The notes under the pieces are model-generated. The model was given only the letters and a program-made list of their open reading frames with translations, did no database searches and had not been told where the DNA came from. A DNA stretch of 30,837 nucleotides from Candidatus Heimdallarchaeota archaeon (GTDB lineage Archaea > Asgardarchaeota > Heimdallarchaeia > Hodarchaeales > Hodarchaeaceae), in contig DXJL01000118.1 of assembly GCA_019057635.1 (NCBI GenBank), positions 1 through 30,837 of the forward strand, read 5' to 3'. The number at the start of each line of letters is the position of its first letter. The stretch's first letter is position 1. The position numbers and the translations under genes are program-made. Below are positions 1 through 7,318 of this stretch, one piece after another.

Positions 1-180
1 CAATCAGGAAAGTCATGTGTCTTTCCTGTCGCCGAGAGTTCTGCGGAGACCTTAAACGCCTGTGGAGAGGCGGTAAGACCTGCATTAATGCCGGCTCGCG
101 TCGCTGAATCAGGAAGAACAGCTCCAAAGATAGTTAAGAATGATCTTTCCAAATTATTCCTAGCTGTCCTATTTGGGTAA
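1..180 (+). CDS. tnpB: C-terminal tail of TnpB (RNA-guided endonuclease), partial
   Basis: Frame 1 is open from 1 to TAA at 178-180: QSGKSCVFPVAESSAETLNACGEAVRPALMP...; the 'SSAETLNACGE' tail is characteristic of TnpB C-termini that overlap the omega-RNA. Confidence 0.7.
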   Translation, partial: QSGKSCVFPVAESSAETLNACGEAVRPALMPARVAESGRTAPKIVKNDLSKLFLAVLFG

Positions 181-194
181 GTCTTTCAGAACGG
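1..194 (+). mobile_element. Right end of an IS607-family (IS200/IS605-like) element, truncated at window start
   Basis: ACGCCTGTGGAGA (56-68) ... GCTGAATCAGGAA (103-115) is the typical tnpB 3' signature; the segment ends TTTGGGTAAGTCTTTCAGAACGG (172-194), matching the GAACGG right end of IS607 elements; positions 1-120 are GC-richer than the flank. Confidence 0.8.
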
Positions 195-214
195 CTTTAT
201 CAAATATTTCTGTT
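5..214 (+). ncRNA. Putative TnpB omega-RNA (scaffold to 194, guide about 195-214)
   Basis: Stem GTCGCCG(28-34)/CGGAGAC(44-50) whose loop GTTCTG(38-43) is complementary to CAGAAC(187-192) at the IS end (pseudoknot); further stems CAGGAAAG/CTTTCCTG, ACAGCT/AGCTGT and AAAGAT/ATCTTT; 5' boundary uncertain. Confidence 0.7.
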
Positions 215-332
215 AAAGATGTAATCTAGTAATGGGTGTTATGTACCAAAAGTAAGAATAATTTAAGTCAGCTACCTTATTTCCTCTAAAATACTCCAGA
301 AATAGAAATAGAAAGGAGGATATGGATTCAAT

Positions 333-914
333 ATGTCAAATAATCTGGTTGTACAAGCTTTTGCGTTCGCCTACCAGGCCCATCGTCAAACAACACGAAA
401 AGCCACAAACATACCATACATAACTCATCCTCTCGCAGTGACTATAAATTTACTGAGATCATCTATTCTTGCCGAGGATTTACTAGCAGCAGCTCTTCTT
501 CATGATGTAGTGGAAGACGAAGATGTTACCTATGACCAACTTACTCATAGATTCGGGGAACGAGTTAGTTCATTGGTCAGAGCTGTTTCTGAACCAAAGT
601 CATTAACTGATCAACATACCGATCGTCGAAAAACATGGCAAATACGAAAGCAGCATACCATTGACTCCCTAATCGGGGCATCTGATGAAATAAAAATACT
701 AAGTTGTGCAGATAAAGTTGCTAATCTTGCAGATATGGTAAGAGATCATAAGCAATTTGGTGAAACCCTATGGTCTCGATTTAATGCACCGAAAAATAAA
801 CAAAAGTGGTATTATCATTCTCTATTAGAGGCGTACAAATCAGGAACAAATAATATTGAGAAGTCCGCTCTCTATATTGAATTTTGCTCCCTAGTGAATC
901 AAATATTCGCTTGA
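333..914 (+). CDS. HD-domain hydrolase, Mesh1/small alarmone ((p)ppGpp) hydrolase-like
   Basis: AHRQTTRK...PYITHP, AALLHDVVED and ADKVAN motifs of the RelA/SpoT hydrolase domain; no synthetase domain. Confidence 0.88.
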   Translation: MSNNLVVQAFAFAYQAHRQTTRKATNIPYITHPLAVTINLLRSSILAEDLLAAALLHDVVEDEDVTYDQLTHRFGERVSSLVRAVSEPKSLTDQHTDRRKTWQIRKQHTIDSLIGASDEIKILSCADKVANLADMVRDHKQFGETLWSRFNAPKNKQKWYYHSLLEAYKSGTNNIEKSALYIEFCSLVNQIFA

Positions 915-942
915 AAATAGAAAAGGGGAGGAAAAGATTTGA
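915..942 (-). terminator. Pyrimidine/T-rich archaeal-type terminator after rbcL
   Basis: Minus strand TCTTTTCCTCCCCTTTTCTATTT just downstream of the rbcL stop. Confidence 0.4.
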
Positions 943-948
943 ATGTTC

Positions 949-2259
949 TTAAATGGGCCGAATATAGCCCCATTTGCCTAATGCTTTAGCTAATTCAGGA
1001 GCTGATTTAGCCTTATCCTCTAATGAAATATCTTCTCGCCAAGCTTCAAGCGCTTGCACAGAGGCTTTTGCTCCAGCATGTGTACCATCAGGATGACCAT
1101 GAATTCCGCCACCTACTTGTAAGATCATATCAGACGTATTGTAAACGGTCATAACTTCCGGTAATACTCCTGGATGTAATCCACCAGAAGCAACAGGTAA
1201 AGTACCTTTGATAGAGCCCCAAGATTGCTTTAACTTACGTCCATCTGATTCAGTGATTTCCTGATCCAATAAAAGATTCTTCATATCAATTACATCTTGC
1301 TTAGGACTGTCTAGTTTCCCGACAACTGTTCCAATATGCAGGTTGTCAAGACCGATAAGTCTCATCAATTTGGCCAAAAAGTACATACTAATTCCGTGGG
1401 TATAGTGCTTGGTGAATGTTGCATGCATTGCTCTATGAGCATGTATTGCCATATCAAGATCACCAGCTACTTCACGTAAGGTTTGAACCGCCGAAAATCC
1501 TGTGGTAACAACATCGATCATAAAATATCTAAAACCATGATCATGGATAAGCTTTGTACGCTTTTCCATTTCTTTAGTTTCTGCAGTGACATTTATTAGG
1601 GCGTCCTTAATATCCCCGGTTTCTTTTTCGGCCTTATCTCGAGTTTTGGCCATTTCCTCAACTCGAGCTTGAAACTTATTAAAAGACTGGGAAGTGAGAT
1701 TTTCGTCATCTTTGATTAAATCCACTCCACCTGTCCATGCATCCCATGCTACTTGACAATGTTGTTCAACAGTCATCCCAATTTTTGGTTTGGGAACACA
1801 AGCAAGTAATGGCCCTTCTTTTCTCTTAAAAATTTTCTTAATCGCTTCAGTTCCCATGTTTGGACCTTTAAAGCTCTTCACATAATCTAATGGGAGTGTA
1901 GCATCAACGAGTCGAAGACTTTTCACAGCTTTCATACCAAATATATTTCCAGCAATTCCTGACATTAGCTGAGGGACATTATTCATTTCCCAGAGAATCA
2001 GTGGATAGCTAATTTTAACCATGTCGTCTGTATTAGAAAATGCTCTCCCACGCATACCAAAAATGCGATCATCGAGAGTTTCAAGAGTAGTCCATGTCCC
2101 AATTGATGATTCAGAAGCTAATCTTCCGATCGTATCATCAACTGATACTTCATCAGCTTTATCGAAGTAGTAAAGAGCTATTATTTCGTCCTCCCCAGGT
2201 TTATAATCTCTATCAATAAAATCATGATACCATTCAATTTTTTCTTTGTCTTTAGTCAC
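949..2259 (-). CDS. rbcL: Form III ribulose-1,5-bisphosphate carboxylase large subunit
   Basis: ESSIGTW, IAGNIFG, KPKIG, GGVDLIKDDENL, HAHRAMH, LHIGTVVGKL (loop-6 Lys), VASGGLHP, QVGGGIHGHP all present; GTG start preceded by GAGGAG SD; no small subunit nearby. Confidence 0.96.
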   Translation of the reverse strand: MTKDKEKIEWYHDFIDRDYKPGEDEIIALYYFDKADEVSVDDTIGRLASESSIGTWTTLETLDDRIFGMRGRAFSNTDDMVKISYPLILWEMNNVPQLMSGIAGNIFGMKAVKSLRLVDATLPLDYVKSFKGPNMGTEAIKKIFKRKEGPLLACVPKPKIGMTVEQHCQVAWDAWTGGVDLIKDDENLTSQSFNKFQARVEEMAKTRDKAEKETGDIKDALINVTAETKEMEKRTKLIHDHGFRYFMIDVVTTGFSAVQTLREVAGDLDMAIHAHRAMHATFTKHYTHGISMYFLAKLMRLIGLDNLHIGTVVGKLDSPKQDVIDMKNLLLDQEITESDGRKLKQSWGSIKGTLPVASGGLHPGVLPEVMTVYNTSDMILQVGGGIHGHPDGTHAGAKASVQALEAWREDISLEDKAKSAPELAKALGKWGYIRPI

Positions 2260-2381
2260 TTTTAATTCTCCTCATGGATAAATAATTCTTTACGTGTGTT
2301 AATTCACAATTTACTAGTCACCGTAACGAGAATTGATGTGATTAATACGCATTCTGTTACATCTTTCGACATCCATAAATA

Positions 2382-3428
2382 TCAGGTTGGGATATCCTCG
2401 TAACTAATTTCAAAGAGATTATCGGAAACCATGGTAAATTTTCTCACTTCTGGGAAATATAATTGCATTTCCTGTTTGGTCATTACAGGAAATTTGTAGT
2501 GTTTATTCACATATTTCAATTCTCCAACTGTTTTCTCTCTATTCTCAATAAATCTGAGATGGTTGGTAATTCTTTCCTTAATTCGCTTTTTTGACAGGTC
2601 AACAGCTAATTTTAGCTTGTTAACAATCGTCTCCTTGAAATTCTCCTCAATTTCTATACCAATACTATTTCTCCCACTTGTCATGGCTGCAGCCATAGTT
2701 GTTCCAGTACCAAGGAATGGGTCTAGAATGGTATCCCCATAGACTGAGAACATATTAATCAGTCTATAAGCCAATTCGAAAGGAAAAGCTGCGCTTCGTT
2801 CTCGGGTAGTTGTGTTCTTTAATACTTGGCTCACACCTTTTAAAACCCACGTATCTGAAAACCATTTATTTCGTTCTTCCCAAAAAAACGCACTATTTCG
2901 ACGATTCTGTTTTTCTTTTTCAGTCTTAAACTCGCGTTTTCCACCTTTCCTAAATATTAGTATGTACTCATGTTCTAACGTCACATAGGCCCCAGGTGGA
3001 AGCATTCCTGACCCCATGAATTTATTAGGTGCATTAGTAGGTTTTTTCCATAAAATACAAGGTAGTACGTTTAACCCGAGTTTTGTACAATGTTCAATTA
3101 TTCTCGTATGATTTGAATACAATCCAAAATCTTTACCAATTGTCCTAACAGCATCACCAATATTAATACACGCAATTCCTCCTAGAATTAAGACACGATA
3201 GACTTCATCCCATATCTTATCTAATTCTTTATGCATTAATTCAAATGCCAACATTCCATCATTGTTGATCAATGCTGATTCAATCGCAGGATTAAGTTTA
3301 ACAAATAAAGAATCCCATAGTTCAATGATAGGATATACACACGATGTTACGACCAGAGCAATACTTTCTTCTTCCACCTCATCCATTTTTTGAGCATTCC
3401 CAATAATCAATTCATGGGTTGTACGCAT
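2382..3428 (-). CDS. Orphan beta-class N4-C/N6-A DNA methyltransferase homolog with variant catalytic motif (TSCVY)
   Basis: Motif IV position reads LVVTSCVYP (normally SPPY); HEYILIFRK; AAFPFELA; intact motif I LDPFLGTGTT; no adjacent restriction endonuclease. Confidence 0.9.
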   Translation of the reverse strand: MRTTHELIIGNAQKMDEVEEESIALVVTSCVYPIIELWDSLFVKLNPAIESALINNDGMLAFELMHKELDKIWDEVYRVLILGGIACINIGDAVRTIGKDFGLYSNHTRIIEHCTKLGLNVLPCILWKKPTNAPNKFMGSGMLPPGAYVTLEHEYILIFRKGGKREFKTEKEKQNRRNSAFFWEERNKWFSDTWVLKGVSQVLKNTTTRERSAAFPFELAYRLINMFSVYGDTILDPFLGTGTTMAAAMTSGRNSIGIEIEENFKETIVNKLKLAVDLSKKRIKERITNHLRFIENREKTVGELKYVNKHYKFPVMTKQEMQLYFPEVRKFTMVSDNLFEISYEDIPT

Positions 3429-3505
3429 GAGAGTTTATCTTCTCCGATCATTAACTATTTTTAATATATAAGTTTAATAGGATTGAATGATAACACTTCT
3501 TTTCA

Positions 3506-3838
3506 TCAAGTAACACTGAGATTTATTGTAATCAATACTTGTTTTAACAGTCCAGAATAACCCACAAGAGCCGTTCTCCCATTATCTGTAATAAAAACTA
3601 GAGTACGAGGACGTAGGTCAACAAAGCCTTTTTCTTTAGAAATAAAGCCTTCATCTTCTAGTTTAGCAAGATGTGTATTTAAATTTCCTGAAGTTACCCC
3701 TAATGCTTTCTGGATTGTAGAAAAAGCTAGGACGGGATTCAGGTGAAGCAACATTAGTACTCCTAATCGTACTGGTTCATGTACTGGAGAAGAAAGATCC
3801 TCAAGCAAAGATTCTAAGGAGGGAGGACTATGATTCAT
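3506..3838 (-). CDS. Winged-helix transcriptional regulator (HTH_34/ArsR-MarR-like)
   Basis: VHEPVRLGV...F...LGVTSGNLNTHLAKLEDEGFI...K.F...RPRT...IT..GR pattern. Confidence 0.9.
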   Translation of the reverse strand: MNHSPPSLESLLEDLSSPVHEPVRLGVLMLLHLNPVLAFSTIQKALGVTSGNLNTHLAKLEDEGFISKEKGFVDLRPRTLVFITDNGRTALVGYSGLLKQVLITINLSVT

Positions 3839-3859
3839 ACAATCACCAATTTAGATTTT

Positions 3860-4537
3860 TTAGGGAAGTCGACCAACGGTATAATAGCTAATAATGCCTG
3901 AAAACGAAAGTATAACTCCTAAAATGCTACAAAATAATAATTGTGCAAGTTCAACAGAGACTATTATTGCTACGAGAAGGCCCAAAATTAGAGCGATCAC
4001 TCCGATTACTACTAATCCAGTTCTTACTTTAGAATTATTAGTTTCGAGGAAAAGTAACCGGCTGGATACAATGAATCCAACACATACAAGTGTTCCCCAT
4101 ACTATAGGTATTAGTTTCGAATTTGTTACCCCCATAAGCACTATAATAATATGAGCCAAAAGGAATAGGAAAAACGCTAGAATACCAATACGTTTATAGG
4201 CCTTATTCCAATTAATTATGCCTGTTGATCCAGTAGAGAAAGTCATTGCGGACAAAATCGGAACTAGATATACCAACCAAACAGATAGAAACAAAATTGG
4301 TTCCTTGTCAGGGGCCAAACTAGGATCTCCCGTCGCTCCAAAAATGAAAAAAGTTGGATCAACTCCTACAAATCGATTAAAAACATAAGAAATCCATCCA
4401 CCAATGATTGCGACAAATCCTGCAATAGTTAAAATTAACAAAAATCTATTAAATTCAGCTTTACGTTGATATTTCTCCACTCTTTCCAAGATATCGATAT
4501 GAGGTTGTAATCTCTCCATAGATGACATATTGACCAC
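3860..4537 (-). CDS. Multi-pass membrane protein, co-oriented with the HTH_34 regulator
   Basis: About 6 hydrophobic segments; 21-bp gap to the regulator; true start may be a downstream ATG. Confidence 0.75.
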   Translation of the reverse strand: MVNMSSMERLQPHIDILERVEKYQRKAEFNRFLLILTIAGFVAIIGGWISYVFNRFVGVDPTFFIFGATGDPSLAPDKEPILFLSVWLVYLVPILSAMTFSTGSTGIINWNKAYKRIGILAFFLFLLAHIIIVLMGVTNSKLIPIVWGTLVCVGFIVSSRLLFLETNNSKVRTGLVVIGVIALILGLLVAIIVSVELAQLLFCSILGVILSFSGIISYYTVGRLP

Positions 4538-4571
4538 TCCAAAGGTGTAAAACTTTTAATTAACTCTCTTT

Positions 4572-4590
4572 AATGGCTCAATGAGCTATT
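4572..4590. promoter_or_regulatory. Candidate operator palindrome
   Basis: AATGGCTCA-A-TGAGCTATT (9-bp arms, 1 mismatch) about 35 bp upstream of the membrane protein/regulator pair. Confidence 0.4.
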
Positions 4591-4825
4591 CGAAGCTTTT
4601 AGAACTATTTTTTCAAACCAGCCTCAGTGTCTATTAGGATGAACTATCAACAATATAATATTTTTGAAAGAACTCAAATATTTACTTTTCCTGAATTATC
4701 CAATATTGACATTAGATGCAAAAGTTCATGTTTTTCTCTAATTCATGACTAAATTTGTCAGACAACTCTTTAAAAAGAATTCTGGACAGGATGAGTCACA
4801 CATTGATCATGCAATATAGATTCAT

Positions 4826-5737
4826 TTATTCAGAACCGTCTTTTATAAGTTCTTGTAGACTTTCCTCCGCATCAAATGGCTCAAGGTGAACAATCATTGA
4901 AGCATTAAGTTCCGTCTTTAAGCGAAAAGTAACTTTTTCAGATATGTTATGTCCCTCAAGGACAGTAAGAGAGGGTTCAACTAATATATGCAAGTCACCC
5001 ATAATTCCACCTTGAATTGTACGAGCTCGAATTAAATGAACTTCTTTTACTCCTGGCTCCTCCATCGCAAGTGAATGAAGTTGAATTAATACCTCTTCAG
5101 GAGGGGCTTTATCTACGAGAATATTCCAACCTTCAAAGAAAATTGTTAATCCAGTGTAACCTATTAAGACACAAATAACAATTGCCATAACTGAATCCAG
5201 TATTCCAATCTGAAAGTAAGCAAAAATCATACTTACTCCCACTAAAACTGAGGAAAACACATCTGTTCGAAAATTTTTCGCATTTGCAATCAAAGCGGGA
5301 GAGTGAACTTGGTTTCCGACTCTTAAAATGGCGTAGGAAATGAGAATTTTTAATCCAACACTGAATATCGCTACGATTAAACCTGAAATATTGAAGATAA
5401 ACTCCTGTTGGCTTAAAAGTTGGTTGATTGCTATGAATAAGATCTGTATACTGGAGTAAGTAATCAGTACAAAGATTCCTAGAGAAAAGAAAATCTCCAT
5501 TTTTTCGTGACCATACGGATGTGAGGTATCAGGTGGTCTATTAGCTACCCTAACTCCTATATATGCAAAAATGGAGGTAATAATATCTAGAAATGAATCA
5601 ATCCCGTCTGCTAATAATGCAGTACTGCCGATTACAATACCTATTATCAACTTGAGGACAGCTAATACAATATTCACTGAAACGGCGAGTACTGTGGCAA
5701 AACGAATTAGCTGTTGATCGGAGTAATTAGCTAGCAA
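4826..5737 (-). CDS. Cation diffusion facilitator (FieF/YiiP-like) metal exporter
   Basis: S.ALLADGIDSFLD, PPD..HPYGHEK.E, AKNFRTD, and C-terminal DLHILV...GH...HLEP cytosolic domain. Confidence 0.93.
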   Translation of the reverse strand: MLANYSDQQLIRFATVLAVSVNIVLAVLKLIIGIVIGSTALLADGIDSFLDIITSIFAYIGVRVANRPPDTSHPYGHEKMEIFFSLGIFVLITYSSIQILFIAINQLLSQQEFIFNISGLIVAIFSVGLKILISYAILRVGNQVHSPALIANAKNFRTDVFSSVLVGVSMIFAYFQIGILDSVMAIVICVLIGYTGLTIFFEGWNILVDKAPPEEVLIQLHSLAMEEPGVKEVHLIRARTIQGGIMGDLHILVEPSLTVLEGHNISEKVTFRLKTELNASMIVHLEPFDAEESLQELIKDGSE

Positions 5738-5786
5738 CGATATACCAACAAATGAAGAAAAATTATTATCCTTTATGTGATTCGTG

Positions 5787-5806
5787 TTATACTTCCATAA
5801 GTATAA
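5787..5806. promoter_or_regulatory. Perfect palindrome in the divergent CDF/hypothetical promoter region
   Basis: TTATACTT-CCAT-AAGTATAA (8-bp perfect arms). Confidence 0.45.
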
Positions 5807-5982
5807 TAATCAAGTGAATAAGTAGAATTTAATCTTCTTGACTTGTTTCAGCCAAAGACTAAAATAAACGTTTCTTATTCGTTACTCGTGGATCTTAGGA
5901 GTAGATTATCATAAGTTCAAATGATTTTTATGAATCTTTTGTCACATCGGCTCTTTTTTACACCAAAAAGAACTCACCAAAG

Positions 5983-7305
5983 ATGCAATTACTCTTATTA
6001 GATGTTCCTTCAGCACCACCTTCTCCTGTAAGCGCTGAAGGTTCCGTCCGTCAATTGAATTTGCTTAATGGCCCATCTCCAAACATAACTAGCTCAATTT
6101 CTGATGGTAAAACTGCACAACTACTATCTACGGACAACGAATTACTAAAAATTCCTAAAATCAATTTTAAACCATTAACCTTACCACATTTTTATCCTGA
6201 AGTTCCCTCTCATAAATTAATTGAATCTCCACCTAAGAAGAAAGCAAGAAAACAAAAATCACAAACGAAACAACTTCTACTGGAAGCTTTGACGAGCAGT
6301 AAAAAGCAATTAGAAAAGCAACGAAAGGGAAATCAGAAGAATCTGACTAAAAAACGTCAAAAAACAACTCGAATGTCAAGAAAACAAAGACGAGAAATCG
6401 AAATGGATCGGACGATCGAATTAACAAAATTTATCCCCCTAAAAAGTAAGAATGTAGTTGGAGATAATCAAAAATCATTTGATATTAATAGAGAAAACCA
6501 AGAAATTCATACATCTGAGATGAAACCCACAATACGATCAAAAATACCGCTTCTCACTGATTCAGATCCTTTTCCTTTCACTAATCTCTCTGAATGGCTT
6601 ATTTGGCATAGTAATTTTCCAGAATTGGCCCTTGTACGCGAAGCTCATGACTTAGATGCAGTTCCACAAGATTCCGATGAAGTGTACTGGATAAATGTCA
6701 TGAATGAGCCAGAATTTTTCAATTCAAATTGGAAAATGGCAGGTTCGATAATACAAGACATTAATTTGGCAAGAAGACAAGGACCCCCCACGGGTACACC
6801 AGATTTTGATATGGACTTTTCTTTAACAGAGGGGTTTTCCACTCTATTTACGGATATTTATCTGATTTTAACAAAAATGCCAAACGGATTGAAAAATTAT
6901 CGTTATCCAGTGTTACAATTAGCGTTGAAAGGATTACTGCTACTAGACCTTGTGTATTTAGATCAAAACATCTGGTTTGCTAAAGAATCAGAGGAAGAAT
7001 TGGAATTAAGAGTAAGAAGACTAGATGAGTTTATAGAACAACAAATATCGGAGCAGGATTACGAAGAAAATGTTAAAATGTTAATGGCAACCAGTGAGTG
7101 GCAGAAAGGTATCGTCTGTTTTGACCTTTTAATAACAAAGTCCATTTATCTATCTACTTTTTCCCAAACTCACTTATCTGAAAATACGAAGATATCCAAC
7201 TTACTCAAGAATGATCTCCAGCAGAAGATGCTTTCTATCCTGAACAAAGTTCGATTTATGGATGAACTCAGAGTGAAAGCTTTTTCAGCTCAGTTAACAG
7301 GTTAA
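5983..7305 (+). CDS. Hypothetical protein: Pro/Lys-rich disordered N-half and helical, acidic C-half
   Basis: 440-aa ORF with no recognisable family motif; frame stays open upstream to 5905. Confidence 0.7.
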   Translation: MQLLLLDVPSAPPSPVSAEGSVRQLNLLNGPSPNITSSISDGKTAQLLSTDNELLKIPKINFKPLTLPHFYPEVPSHKLIESPPKKKARKQKSQTKQLLLEALTSSKKQLEKQRKGNQKNLTKKRQKTTRMSRKQRREIEMDRTIELTKFIPLKSKNVVGDNQKSFDINRENQEIHTSEMKPTIRSKIPLLTDSDPFPFTNLSEWLIWHSNFPELALVREAHDLDAVPQDSDEVYWINVMNEPEFFNSNWKMAGSIIQDINLARRQGPPTGTPDFDMDFSLTEGFSTLFTDIYLILTKMPNGLKNYRYPVLQLALKGLLLLDLVYLDQNIWFAKESEEELELRVRRLDEFIEQQISEQDYEENVKMLMATSEWQKGIVCFDLLITKSIYLSTFSQTHLSENTKISNLLKNDLQQKMLSILNKVRFMDELRVKAFSAQLTG

Positions 7306-7318
7306 GTAGATCTACTCT

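Noticed and set aside
298-319. (AGAAAT)n short tandem repeat and AGGAGG with ATG at 322
   Set aside because: Only about 3 units in AT-rich DNA; ATG 322 is too close to the SD and out of frame with the HD gene
949-2259. RuBisCO-like protein (form IV) or Calvin-cycle RuBisCO
   Set aside because: All carboxylase residues are present, so not an RLP; no small subunit or PRK in the window, so no evidence for a CBB cycle
4639-4752. 37-aa ORF MNYQQYNIFER... in the intergenic region
   Set aside because: No recognisable features on either strand; no pseudogene could be reconstructed
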